Shown one piece after another: positions 51,225-64,000 of a stretch of DNA of 64,000 nucleotides; position 1 is the first letter of the stretch, and each line of letters starts with the position of its first letter. The notes below the pieces were generated by a model. That model ran no database searches. It was not told the origin of the DNA and worked only from the letters and a program-made list of their open reading frames with translations. The stretch is taken from the NCBI RefSeq assembly GCF_004010195.1, contig NC_057752.1, forward strand, positions 9,631,350 to 9,695,349, given 5' to 3'. The translations under genes were made by a program, and so were the position numbers. Source of the stretch: Chiloscyllium plagiosum. Lineage: Eukaryota.

Positions 51225-51631
51225 GTTAATTTATCCATTTAAGCATTACACAGACATTTGAAAATGAAACCTAAATTGCAAATTCATTTATAAGAACAAT
51301 GTCCTTCAGTTCTTACAAAATACAGCACAGAGGGTGCTATGTCACCCTTCTTTATCTCTCAATGACTGGCTACCTGGATCAGACACATGAGTCCCCATGT
51401 TTTTGCGGCAGAGAATTGAGTTTAACACATCAAATTTTCCAAACAGCCAGAAGGAGACATTCTCTAGGTATGAGCAGCCTTGTCTAAATGACTCAAATAT
51501 GAAAGAATACCGTCAAAAGTTCCTTCTAGTCTGCATGGCATAGTGCATTTCCCATCAAACACAACTGGGAGCAGATGAAGTCAATATGAAAGGGTTACTT
51601 TTGATTTTGCCCTGGGCTGTCCGTTCACAAT

Positions 51632-51960
51632 GGGGTGGCACGGTAGCTTAGTGGTTAGCAGTGCTGCCTCACAGTGCCACGGACCTGGGTTCGATTCCCC
51701 CCTCGGGTGACCGTCTGTGTGGAGTTTGCACATTCTCCCCCCTCCCCGTGCCTGCCTGGTTTGCTCTGGTTTCCTCCTACAGTCCAAAGATGTGCAGGTC
51801 AGGTGAATCAGCCATGCTAAACTGCCCATAGTGATAGGTGAATTAGTCAGGGGTAAATATAGGGTAGTGGAATGGGTCTGGGTGGATTACTCTTCGGAGG
51901 GTTGGTATGGACTTGTTGGGCCAAATGGCCTGTTTCCATACTGTAGGGAATCTAATCTAA
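51632..51960 (+). mobile_element. HE1-type V-SINE
   Basis: Head, core and AATCTAATCTAA tail. Confidence 0.88.
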
Positions 51961-52009
51961 TACAATGTCAAGTAATTTTCCTCTATTTTTACATCCATAT
52001 AAACTGTAC

Positions 52010-52600
52010 CTGACTCTTTATCCTCCAGCTCCACAACTTGTTCATAATCTTTGCTGCAGAAGAGGTCCAGGTCAGCATCCTCGAGGTCTACTATGTCTGG
52101 CTGAGAGTTACAGTGTTCATACTGGTGATCATAAGGATACGTGAAGGAGTGAACTTCTTCAGACATAGTCCTGGTGAGCTCATGGTTTGGGGAGAAAGAT
52201 GATGGCTCTTGCACCATATCAAAGTGAATTTTCGGAGTCGAACATAAGCTGTAAGGATCAAAATGCAAACCAGTAGAATTGTGAGTCCTGTCATCACACA
52301 GCTTCAGGTTTTTCGGCATTGCAGAAGGCTCAGTTGGGACTTCTTTAATAGCAGTTTCGAAAGGACCGTTTGACTGATGTTGACCTTGAGAAGGCAGCTG
52401 GGGCAGCATCACCTTTTCTTTGAGTTTGTCCACACTTGTAGACTGGTACTGTCCGCAGTCCCAGAAAAAGTCATACCCGCTCATTGAGTTAGGGTGGGAG
52501 TCTCTCATCACAAGGGATGAAGCGGCTGGAGCGAAGGCCTCTGATGTACTCGCTCCTGAGTCAACAGTTACACCATTAACGTTCAGTTCACCGTTCATAG
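52010..52600 (-). CDS. BAZ2A: BAZ2A exon (AMNGELNVNGVTV...ELEDKES), 591 nt, phase 1-1
   Basis: Lies within the 213-aa ORF 51957..52598. Acceptor ctctgtgtttcag, donor G|GTACAG. NGELNVNG matches the BAZ2A NGDVNVNG motif. Confidence 0.88.
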
Positions 52601-54597
52601 CTGAAACACAGAGAAAGAAAGTATATTATGAATTGAGAATGTGACATCCCTAACCTGTCAATGGACAGCACCAATGTGTCGTAATTATATAACATACACT
52701 ATAACGCACATTGGTTTTAATGGCAAGAATCAAAATTTACTTTCCTGCTTAACACCCAAATATAATTTTCAATTCCTGACCTGTTCAAATATAGGAACGA
52801 CTTTAAGTCAATTAAAACAAAGTTCACTTTTGCTTATGAAATCAGGAGTCAGAACCTGAAACAAATTAGCACTTGATCGGAATTCTCCCTCAACTCTCTA
52901 TGATTTCTAGTGATTTGGATGCAGGCAGCAGTTATCAACATTGACAGATTACAACAAAAATCCGCAATTGTGTAACAGATTTAAAAGGAATGTATACTGA
53001 GCTGTTCCACAGCAGAATAGTCAGAGTAAATTGGATGACAAGCCACTGAGGAGATATCAGGAGGGAAGGGTTTTAAGGCGACACCAGAAAGGGAGGTGGA
53101 GAGTCTGAGATATGTAGGGAGACAATTTCAGAGTATGGTACTGAAAAGCACAGCCATTAATGGCGGGGCAAGGGGGAAACGAGTGCACAAGTAGGCACAC
53201 AGCTGGTAGAATGGAAAATCCTGTGGTGTGAGGGGCACTGTAGTACTGCAGGAGGTTACAGAGATAGGGACAGGAAGGCCATGAAGGAATTCGAACACAA
53301 GGATGAAAATTTGGAACCTTCTCCACAGCCATATCATGGGGCTGACCTCAGGGGTGGGTGGGAAGGTGGTGGGCGGGGCACACACACTACTTATGCGTGC
53401 CCCTTTCTTCCACTGACAACACACCCAGCCCAGACATGGAAAATCCAACCCCCAGAGTTCAGAGGAGGATGGGAAAGGATTTGGGAGGTGAAAAAAACAA
53501 CAGAAATGTTGCAGTATATTGCAAGAACTTGGAATGGCCAGCACTTTAGTGAGAAAGGGGTCAAGGAGCAGAAATAAGATTGTTGCGTCCCACAGCAGGA
53601 GATATGTATCACCACAACAATCAATACCACACTCATCAGGCATGTTTTTAACAAATCTGTTATTCTCACTTCGTGATCACAGCAGTGACTCACTTTTCCA
53701 ACTTAAACCATTGAGGATTTATCTGCTCCCAGTGACTGTTCTTAAAGGGGAACCATCTGATAAGCTAATCTCATTTCCTTGCAAATGCACAGCATTTGTG
53801 ATGTAAACCATGTAGCAATACATTATCTTGTCAACTGCAGGAACCAGAGTGAAAATTAATTTTGTCAGTCGACTTTCCTGAAAAAAAACGTTACAAACCA
53901 ATTCTTATGAGAAAGGCATCTTTAACAGTGGAAGCTCCCCAGCTGCCCTGCCCTGTGTGCCCATGAACAGCAACTATGGTATGCTCAGATTTGCAAAGGC
54001 AGCTGAAAATTTCATTTCATTGTGCAGAAACCCGCCGTAAATGCTGTGACTGTGGATGTCATTCCTCTTTAGACTTTTCTTTTTCAAGAATGAGGAACCA
54101 GGAGGAAGAACTATTAACCTCAATTGGCTCTGCGTGTCTCGAAAAGGGCTGCAGATTGTTGAATCAGTTTGCTTTATTCTGTGCCCTCCTCATTTTCTAG
54201 TTGAGTGTGAGGGGAATGGAGCCTAAGATATACACCATTGAACATATTTGCACAAGACCCATATTCAAAAACATACTTGCAAACTGGCCCAATTTATACA
54301 TTACATTTCCTCAGTTTCCCCGTCCTCTCAGCATCTATCTTGTGCAGCTCTTCTCCTGCTATTGCTCCACAGTAGCTGGCAGAGAATACTTCATTCTGAG
54401 CAGATTCAAACTAATCTATTGCACCACTCAAGCCCCCTCCTATAAGCTGTTCTTTGCTTTTACCCATGCCCTCACGATGAAGACAGCAAGGAACCTCAAA
54501 TCAAGTCCATAAAAGCAGGAGAAACAGTGAAATTACCCACAGCACCCTGGGCTAGGGAGGAGGAAATTCTGCCCAAAATCCTATCAGTAGCCAGTAG

Positions 54598-54897
54598 ATA
54601 TATATATGTGTGTGTGTGTGTGTGAGAGTGTGTGTGTGTGTGTGTGAGAGTGTGAGTGTGAGTGTGTGAGAGTGTGTGTGTGTGAGAGAGTGTGTGAGTG
54701 AGTCTCTGGGAGACTGTTATTTGTGCTGAGTGTTTCCCTTCAGCTATATTTTTCTTAATTTGTAAAGTTATCTGTTGCTGGAGACATCTGGCAACCAGCG
54801 TGTTTTTTTTGTTCTATATATTGTGTGAGTGTGTGTGTGTGAGAGAGAGAGAGAGAGAATGTGTGCGCATGCGCGCGCATCTGTGTGTGAGAGAGAA
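54598..54897. repeat. (TA)/(TG)/(GA) microsatellite blocks
   Basis: Seen directly at 54598-54702 and 54822-54897. Confidence 0.9.
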
Positions 54898-55282
54898 AAA
54901 AAAGGAGAGATCCAAGGAACTGGAGGGCAGCCAGTGTGTGTTGAATCTATACCTTCAGCATTAAGCAACTCCTTCAGGTCTAGAAGGGAGCAAAACGAAA
55001 GGACAAACAATATCAAATTAAGCAAACTAATAAAACCTGATTGAAGTTAACCTTTAGCAGTAGAACTAATAATGTGTGTATATTGACTCAATTTCTGGTT
55101 TCATAATTGCTTAAAACTGAAGGAAGGATTGCAAGAAGCAAACTGATAAGGAGCTATCATGTGACAGAGCTTGGGCGGGGTTGGGAGCGGGGAGCTTTTT
55201 CCTAGCCCACTCTCTATAGGAGCTCCACACCAATGCTGTGCAGGGCATGAATGACAACTTCCAGCCCAGGCTCTGCCCTTAC

Positions 55283-55420
55283 CTCTGCCTAACTGTGTCG
55301 AGTTCACTGTGATCCCATTAGTGTGCAAGCTATCTTCCTGATAAGGTGAAGGCTTAAGGACTGAGGCAGCGGGTGTCAACATGCACCAGGCAGAATGGAG
55401 CTGATCATTGACCTCCACAT
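55283..55420 (-). CDS. BAZ2A: BAZ2A exon, N-terminal (xVEVNDQLHSAWCMLTPAASVLKPSPYQEDSLHTNGITVNSTQLGR), 138 nt, phase 1-1
   Basis: Acceptor ttttcaattttcag, donor G|GTAAGG. The peptide resembles the mammalian BAZ2A start (EMEANDH...PAASGLKPSP...LYTNG). Confidence 0.8.
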
Positions 55421-58400
55421 CTGAAAATTGAAAAAAGACCAAAATGGAGACTTCAGGTGCATCTGTACTACAGAGCGTATTTCCAAGTATCTGAGTGAAA
55501 AGAAAGGTTTCCCAGTCACATGTCCCCTTTCTGTCACATGATACTACCTCATGAATGGAGGGTAGCATGAATGACAGTCTGATGTCAGGGAGGTTCATGA
55601 TGTTCATTAATGATCTTTTACAGTGATTTTCCGAGGCATCGTTGAATCTCAAGGCACCGGTGACTGCAAACAACAAATGTCATGACCATCTTTCCTATGA
55701 ATATGACAACACCTGTGCAGCGGTTCAGAGAAGATTCACTCGGATGATTCCTGGGGTGAAGGGACTTGTCTTATGAGGAAAGGTTGAGCAGGTTGGGCCT
55801 CTACTCACTGGGAGTTTAGGAGATTAAGGGGTGATTGAAACGTAAGACTCTGAGGGAGCTGCACAAGATAGATGCTGAGAGGATGGAAAACTGAGGATCC
55901 CAAAGCAGAAAGTCAGCACCACTGAGAGGAGCAGCTGAGTTGAGAATTCTGAGGCAGTTAGTCAAGGACAGCGCTAAAGTAATTGTAGCTGATTAGAACT
56001 GGTTCTTGTTCTACATCAGAAGGAGTGTCTCTGGAAGTGGTTAAGGTATTTCATGTTCTTAAGTTTTAATATAGTGTACATATTAGTGGTAAAGTTTAAA
56101 AAGTATATAAAAGGCACCATAAGCAATGAATAATGTAATTATATAATTAAACTAATTTAGAATAGAGTTCTGGTGATGTGTCAAGGCTGCAGCATGTAGG
56201 AGCCCCTGGATGCCATTGTGATCCAGTCTGTGTGGATGAGAGTGGGAGTTGGAGGCTGGATATGCAAACTGACAATGGCACCGTGGTACAGGTGGGTGGA
56301 GTACTAACAAGTGCATTAGTAATAGTAGTGGGTGATAGTATAATGAGGGTGATGATCACCATTCTCTGCAGCAAAGAGCAAGAGTCCAGAAGGCCTGCTG
56401 ATTACCAGGGTTTGGGTCATCAGCTGAGGGCTGGAGAGGAACTTGTAGTGAGAGGGGGACAGTTTCAGAGGTCATGGCCCAACATTGGTAGAATTAGCAA
56501 AGGCATTCTGCACAGAGTGGATGTGGAGATAATCTCTAAATTAGAAAGCAGAACAAAGAGTATGGTTATAATCTCTGAATTAAATAACTGAGCCACCTGC
56601 ATCAATTGCTAATTTTAAATCGGAGACAGATAAATTTTTGCTAAGCAAAAGATATCAAGGGATATGGACCAAAGGCAGGTATATGGAGTTAGACCACAGA
56701 TCAGCCATGATCTCATTGAATGGCAGAACAGGCTAAAGGGGCTGAACGGCCTATTTCTGTTCATATGTTCCAAATCAGCACAGGGTACATAATGCTAGCG
56801 AGATGAATATGTGATTCAAAGACTGATGTGAAAGAAGTGGGTTTCAGTTTGTGGGCTCCTGGCACCAATACTGGGGAAAGCAGGGCTGTACCATTGGGTT
56901 AGTCTACACCTGAACTGTGCCAAGTCCAGAGTTCCTGTGAACTGTATAACTAGGGAGGTAGAAAGGGTTCTGAAATAAATGGTGGGGCAAGGGATCAAAT
57001 GTGGAAAGACATTGCATATCAAAGGTTAGAAACATGATAAGAGATGAAAATAGTAATACGGGAAGTAAAGGTCAGAAGATGGTAAGAAGGGACAAAGAGA
57101 AGAAAACCTAGGAATACACCAACAATCAAGATTAGATGTTATAAAGATAACAAAAAGTCAAAACTAAAGGCTCTGTATCGGAATACGCAACAGCATTCAT
57201 ATAAAATAAAGAAATGGAAGTAAATGTATACAATCTGATAGCTGTTATGAAGTTCTGGCTTCATGGTGACAAGAATTTGGTCCTGAATATTAAGGGGTGC
57301 ATGATATTCAATACAAAAAGGAAGTTAAGGAAAAGGAAGGGTAATGTTGTTAATCAATGATAGTATTAGTGCAATAGTTAGAGATGACATTGGTTCAGGA
57401 TATAGAAATGGCTGGGGCGGAGATGAGTCGTCGATGAAAGAAATCACTCATGGGAGTATACAGACCGTCAAACAGCAACCGCAATGTGGGATAAAGTATA
57501 CAAGAAGAAATATTCAACGCTGGTGATAATGGGATGACAATGATCATACATATAAGCTACACCTAAACTGGAACGATCAGGCTGGCAGTTGTAGCTTGGA
57601 GGAGAAGTTCGTAGAATGCTTTCGAGGTTTAGAGCAGCAGATTTTGGAACTGACCAGGGAGCAGGTTACACTAGACTTGGTAATGTGTAACATGACTCAG
57701 AGGAAAAGATTGGGGCTAAGACTCGTACTTTAAACCTAAATAAGGGCAACTATATGGGTGTGAGCTGAGCTAGCTGAAGTGAAGTGGCATACCAAGTTAC
57801 AAGACAGATCAATACAATGCAGGCATCAGTTAGCTCATTTGGCTGGATGGCTGTTTTACGATACAGAGCAGCATGGGTTTAATTCCCGCACTGGCTGAGG
57901 TTACCTTCTCAGCTTCTCCCCTTGCCTGAGGCCTGGTGAGTTGTCTCTCTCAAATGAGAGAGAACAGCCCTTTGGTCTGGGAGGACTATGGCAACTTTAT
58001 GTTACTATTCCTTCTATGAAGAAAAATTCTAAAGGGGAGACTCATTATCCATGGTTAACTAAAGAAGTTCAGGAAAGCATAAAACTTAAGAAAAGAAAAA
58101 TCATGTTTAACCAATTTATTGGAGCTCATTGAAGCAGAAAGCTTAAAACAACGAGAAGGAATAAATGGATCTTTTTTCCAAGTGGCAGGCAGTGGCTAGT
58201 GGGCTACTACAGGGGTCAGTACTTGGACTCCAGCTTTTCACAATATATATTAATGAGGGAACTCTCAGAGTTTGCAGGTGACACAAAGATGCCTGGGAGG
58301 ATGAGCTGTGAGGAGGATACAGAGAAGCTTAAGTGTGATCTCAACAAGTAAGTGGGCAAACATATTGCAGATGCAGTATAATCTGGATAAACGTGAGATT

Positions 58401-59176
58401 ACCAAGCAAAAACAGGAAGGCATATTATTCTTTGAATATTGACAGATTTGGAAAGGGGGAGGTGTAATAAGACCTGGGTATCCTCATACACCAGTTGCTC
58501 AAAGTAAGCATGCAGGTACAGTAGGTGGTAAAGAAGGTAAATGGCTTTCATAGCAAGAGGATTTGAGTGCAGGAACAGGAGTTGCTAGCTTTAATTGTAC
58601 AGGACCATGGTGAGACCACACCTGGGAGTATGTGTGCACAGTTTTGGTCTCCTTATCTGAGAGAGGATTTGCTGGCTATGGAGGAAGGCAAGGAACGTTT
58701 ACCAGACTGATTCCTGGGCTGCAGGAGTGATGCACAGGGAGTGTCTGGATCAGTTAGGACGGTATTCACTGGAGTTTCAAAGAATGTTGAGGGGGATCTT
58801 GTAGAATCCGATAAAATTCGAACAGGATTAGACAGGAGTGATGCAGGGAAGGATCTTCTTGATGGCTGGGAAGTCCAGAGCCAGAGGTTCATAGTCTAAG
58901 GATACAGGACAGGTCTTTTAGGACTGAGATGAGGAGAAATCTCTTCCCCAGAGAGGGGGGAGCCTGTGGAATTCTCTGCATAGAAAGCGGTTGAGGCCAA
59001 AACAGGTAAAACGTGTATTGGTCTTCTCAGGAGTGAGAATGGGGAGTTATGAGGAGATAATAAGGAAATGGGGAATGAAATGAACAAACATTTTGGTTCT
59101 GTCCTCACTATAGAGGATATAGAGGCTGTTCAGGCCAAAATATTGCATGTTTTCAAGAAGGAGACAGATATATTTA

Positions 59177-59497
59177 GTCATAGAGTCATAGAGATGTACA
59201 GCACGGAAACAGACCCTTCGGTCCAACCTGTCCATGCCGACCAGATATCCCAACCTAATCTAGTCCCACCTGCCAGGACCCGGCCCATATCCCTCCAAAC
59301 CCTTCCTATTCATATACCCATCCAGATGCCTTTTAAATATTGCAATTGTACCAGCCTCCACCACATCCTCTGGCTTTGCATTCCATACACGTACCACCCT
59401 CTGTGTGAAAACGTTGCCCCTTAGGTCTCTCTTATATCTTTCCCCTCTCACCCTAAATCTATGCCCTCTAGTTCTGGACTCCCCTACCCCAGGGAAA
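59177..59497 (-). mobile_element. Young CR1 LINE 3' fragment nested in an older opposite-strand CR1
   Basis: Near identical to 7197-7550; the older CR1 resumes at about 59500. Confidence 0.88.
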
Positions 59498-60849
59498 TCG
59501 CTTCAGGCTAAAGAGATCAAAGCATATGGGGAGAAAGCAGGAACAGGGCACTGTGTTGGATGATGAGTCATGATCACATTGAATGACAGAGCAGGCTCAA
59601 AAGGTCCAAACTGCCTACTCCTGCCTCTATATGCAATAGCCCTGTCAGTAATATACATAGAAGCCTGCAGACATACTTTCTGGAAGTCCAAATATAGTAT
59701 TTGATAAGGTGACGCATCAAAGGATATTACAAAAAAGCTCATGATATAGGGGCTGGCATATTAGCATGGAGGGAAGAAAACAGAGTGGATGCATAAATGG
59801 GTCTTTGATTGGCAGTAACAAGTGGAGGCCTGCAGGGGTCTGTGCTGCGCCAGTCTCAACTTTTTAAAATTGATATCAATGACTTGGATGAAGGGAGCGA
59901 AGACATGGTAGCTAAATTCACAGATGACACCAAGATAGTGAGGAAGGTATGTATGAAGAGAACATAAGGAAATCGCAGGTGGATACAGGTTGACTGAGTG
60001 GGCAAAGATCTGTCACATGGAATATAGTATGGGAGAATGTGAAGTTGTTCACTTTTGCAGGGAAGAATAAAATAAAAGCAGAGTGGTATTGAAATGGCAA
60101 ATGATTGCAGAATTCTGAGGTGCAGACGTATTGAGGTGTCTGGTGCATGAGTCACAAAAGGTCAGTACACAAGTACATCATATAATCAAGAAAGCTAATG
60201 GGATGCTAAGTCTTCTTACAAGAGAAACTGAATATAAAAATAAGGATGTAATGTAATGTTTCAGTTATACAAGGCAACAATGAGATGACATCTCGGATAT
60301 TCTGTGCAGCTCAGTTCCCCTTATTTCAGGAAGCATCTAAGTCCTGTGGGGGACAGTACAGTGCAGGGTTTACTGGATTGATCCCTGCAATAAGTGGGTT
60401 ATTCTATGAGGATGGTTGGACAGACTGCACTTGTTTCCCCTGGAGTTTAGAACAGTAAGAGCTGATTTGATTGGTGTGTATAAGACCCTGGTTAGTCTTA
60501 ACAGGGTGGACATGAAAATGATGTTCCTCTTGTGGGGCAGTCCGGAACAAGGGAGCTGTGATTTAAAATTAGAGGTCACCTTTCAGAGATGAGGAGAATC
60601 TTATTCTCTTCGAGGGCTGTGCAATTTGGAACTCTGCCTCAAAAAGTGGTCAAGTCAGGGTCATTGAATTTTTTTAAACACGGAAGTGGATAGATTCATG
60701 TTAGACAGAGGAATCATGGGTTATCAGGTGATGGGAACATGGGCTTCAGCAACAAACATGTCGGCCATGGTCTTATTGGATAACAGAACAGGCTTGAGGG
60801 GCTGAATGGTCTGCGTCTGGTCCTATTTCATATGTTGTATGTTTCCTCT

Positions 60850-61390
60850 TGATGGGGAACCTATTTTGGGCTCCCGGCAGCTTCTGCATGGACAAGGCAG
60901 TCCTCGCACTGACTCCTTGCTGCTGCAGCAGAGGGGAGTTTGGGGTCCTGGCAGTCTGTCTCCAATGCAGATTCACAGAGGCAGCAGCAGAGGCAAGGTT
61001 GGGCCCAGTACAAAACCTGGCAACGTTGGCAAGGTGGGCCCAAAGCGGACTCACGGTGACAGCGGAGTCAAATTGGGCTGGTGCATTACCCAGCAGCACC
61101 TGCATTGGCGAGGTCCAGCAAGGACTCAGTGGTGATGGTGTCAGTGGAGAGTGACTTTCATTCCAGCGGCAGTGATGGGGCCTGGTCACAAGCCCATGGC
61201 AGAACACTGAACAAGAAGGACTTTAAAAGTCGAACACTTTTTCTTTACTACTTTATTTTTCTGACTTTATAGTCTACATTTGGTCTACTTTTCTGTGTTT
61301 TAAGATGGCGCCAGAGAGTGGCGACACTATACATCACTCTTCACTTGTAACAAAATGTACGTGACAATAAATGAATCAAATCAAATCAAC
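60850..61390 (+). mobile_element. Unclassified short retroelement
   Basis: GC-richer body ending in GTGACAATAAA plus an (AAATC)n tail, sitting among CR1 pieces. Confidence 0.4.
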
Positions 61391-62489
61391 TAGGGGAAAA
61401 AGTTTCAGAACATAGGGTCTCTCATTTCAGATGGTGATAGAGCAGGATTTATTCCCTCAGAGAGTCATTAATCTTTGGAGTTCTCTACCTGAGGGAGAAG
61501 TGAGGTCTGGCACATGGAATGCATTCAAGGCGGAGTTAGACAGATCTTTGATCTACAAGGGAGTTAAGGGTTAGAGCCAACAGGAAGACCACAATCAGAT
61601 CAGTCCTGATTTTATTGAATTGAGGAGCAAATTCAAGCAACCAAATGGTCGATTCCTGCTCTGATGTCTTCTCTCTCTGGGGATTTTAGGGTAATCTTCC
61701 TCTATTTTCTCCTTTCCACCCCAGTTTCATATCCTGTGGTATGACCAATACATTAGGTGGAGCATCCTGGCTTTCAGGCTCCCTCAACTAAACAACAACC
61801 AAAACACACTGCCCCCTCAGTTTCTAACTGGTACTATTCAGCAAAATCTCATCACCACTCAAAACCCATGTCTCATTATTGAGTGTTGACTTTTTGGGGT
61901 GAATACGTTTGAAGACTCTTTGCAGACAGCATCCTCCTCCTAAACTCGAGCCACCTTGGTTTGTGCTCCCATCTCTGGCCAATATCGTCACTGGAGGTTC
62001 AGCACAACGTGGGTGATATCTTTGTGTCTGCTTCACCCGTGCAAAATCAAACCCCACAGTCCAGTTCTAGGTTCTGTCCGTGGATGGTACCTGAGAGGAT
62101 TTTTGAGTTGAATAGTACAATAAGGTTGGAGACCTGACAGTAAAAGGTGGGAGTGATTTGAGAGGATGACAAATTCGGAGCGGGATGGATCATCAATTAA
62201 AACATACTGGGTTAAATGGCACTTTTCCAAAAATGTTTTGCACCAGTACACCAAGTAACTTCAGTGACACTGCTGAGGACACATTTGAACTATCAAGTAA
62301 GAGCCTGATGCCTAAGGCAGTTAACTATTGTGCAACCTGACTGATACAGTTTGTCATTTGGTGAAGAATGGCAATCACTTAAGGCTGAGTGTTGAACTCA
62401 TGTAGGATTCCAACATTGCTACCAACCAGTGCCTGCAATCAACCCCTGCACCACCTCCAAACCTCAGTGCTACTCAAACCTGACAACGA

Positions 62490-62833
62490 AATTGAATTAG
62501 AATTAGAAGCCCTACAGTATGGAAACAGGCCCTTTGGCCCAACAAGTCCACACCAACTCTCCGAAGATAACCCATCCAGACCCATTGCCCTATTACTCTA
62601 CATTTCCCCCTAACCTACACATCCCTAAACACAATGGGCAATTTAGCATGGCCAATTCACCCAACCTGCACATCTTTTGGATTGTGGGAGGAAACTGGAG
62701 CACCCGGAGGAAACCAACGCAGACGTGGGGAGAATGTGCAAACTCCACACAGACAGTCACCCCGAGGCTGGAATTGAACCCTGGCCCCTGGCGCTGTGAG
62801 GCGCAGTGCTAACCACAGAGCCACCATGCTGCC
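62490..62833 (-). mobile_element. HE1-type V-SINE
   Basis: Head, core and tail. Confidence 0.85.
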
Positions 62834-64000
62834 ATTCCTAGGGGACACCTCATACCAATGTCACCAGTGCCAATTCAGTGGCATAAAAAGGGGGGGGCGG
62901 TTTAAATTGGCAGATTAACAGCCTCAGTTCCTTTCAGATGTTACAATCTCCCTTCTTTACTTAGTGACCAATACTGTACTTTGTTCTCACTGTCCCCCTC
63001 ACAGCATCTCCATTGTTATTGATTATATTTGTCTGTCAATAGATAATTCAACTTTCCCGTCCTAACGGACCAAATGCAAAGGGGATAAAGTGATGAATCA
63101 ATTATTTCCGAAGATCCACGTCAGAGCAAATGGAGACTCAGCCAGGGTCCCTGCTCCTGATCACAGGATGATATTCAAGGTAGAGGTACATCTGTGTGGC
63201 TTTTGGATCTTTGGTAACAACTTAGACCCTCCCCCCGAAAAGACCACTGGCACTTTTTGTTGAGGTTAACATGTAGTTGATGAATCAAAGGGTGACCAGT
63301 GCTGAGGGAACTATGCCCCCAAACAGACTCCAAGCCTCTGGGACAGGAAACAAGAGGAGGAGCAAAGTAACAAGAAAACCCTCCACCGACCTGTCTTTTC
63401 ATGCAGCTTAATAAGGGTAGTGATCACAATAGGGCCTCGGGTATTAATGCGATCATCATGCAGCAATGGGTTGTGAATAACTACAATTCACCAAGCCAAT
63501 TTCACACAGCTGGAAACACAGTATGTAATTTCCTAATCTATATTTTACCATAAATGATAATTACTCTACATAGTCTGTGGGAATCAAAAACTCCCAGAGC
63601 GATCACTAGCAAACTGACAGAACCACCAGTGTTTGCATGACTGGTTTGTCCCTTTCAAACACAAATATTTCCAATTATGCCTTAATATACCAGAACTATT
63701 CTGGGTTTCAAAGAATCTCACCTGGGATTTTCCTCAGGGGGCCAGGCATTCCTCGTTATTGAGGGCTTTAAAATATCCATTGTTGAGATATGGGCCTTGC
63801 TGGCAAGGCCAATATTTTTTGCTTGTCCTCCAACTGCCTTTAAGAAGGTGACATGAACCTGCCTGAATCCCTGCTGTCTATGCAGTGTAAGGGAGGAAGT
63901 TACAGGATTTTTTGACTCCGTAACAGAATTAGATTGCTATTTTTTTTCACTAAGTTGGGATGGTGTTGAGCAGTGGAAATTGCAGATAGCAGTGTTCCCA

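Larger units (their letters stand above)
864..55420 (-). other. BAZ2A: BAZ2A/TIP5 orthologue, partial gene model of 16 coding exons (5' start exon not found; 3' part continues left of the window)
   Basis: 16 GT-AG exons with compatible phases sum to 2918 nt (2 + 972 codons) without a stop. The N-terminus, TAM/MBD, AT-hook and DDT sequences resemble mammalian BAZ2A as I recall it. Confidence 0.88.
55715..61680 (+). mobile_element. Cluster of degenerate plus-strand CR1 LINE pieces
   Basis: VIVVGDSI (esterase GDS motif) at about 56320, endonuclease-like remnants at about 57170-57700, RT remnants at about 58170-58990 and 59680-60830, and several CR1 3' ends. Confidence 0.7.

Noticed and set aside
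53128..53643. 171-aa minus ORF
   Set aside because: No recognisable domain; it overlaps decayed repeat-like sequence.
61824..62100. Possible upstream BAZ2A exon (acceptor-like cctctcag at about 62091, 77-aa ORF)
   Set aside because: No homology, no convincing donor, and the ATG frames close quickly. It cannot be supported without transcripts.

Overview
This is vertebrate genomic DNA, almost certainly from a shark or other elasmobranch, inferred from the HE1-type V-SINEs and CR1/HER1-type LINEs. The whole window lies inside one minus-strand gene, a BAZ2A (TIP5) orthologue. I reconstructed 16 GT-AG coding exons from 55420 down to 864 (2918 nt). Their phases join into one open frame: BAZ2A-type N-terminus, acidic/Ser-rich linker, TAM/MBD domain, two AT-hooks, coiled coil, DDT domain and WHIM1 region. 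The start exon was not found, and the 3' part of the gene runs off the left edge. The introns are full of retroelements: about 10 HE1 V-SINEs, Deu-type SINEs, several CR1 LINEs (one retaining esterase ORF1, endonuclease and RT remnants), L2-like LINEs and Penelope-like elements. The most striking unannotated signal is a set of at least nine Penelope-derived insertions, many only 55-390 bp. They have 9-17 bp target-site duplications and tandem or inverted ends, and carry minimal hammerhead-ribozyme motifs (CUGANGA-N-stem II-GAAA-CG-UH), intact or decayed. Several lie on the BAZ2A pre-mRNA strand. All calls were read by eye; repeat boundaries are approximate and family names need database confirmation.
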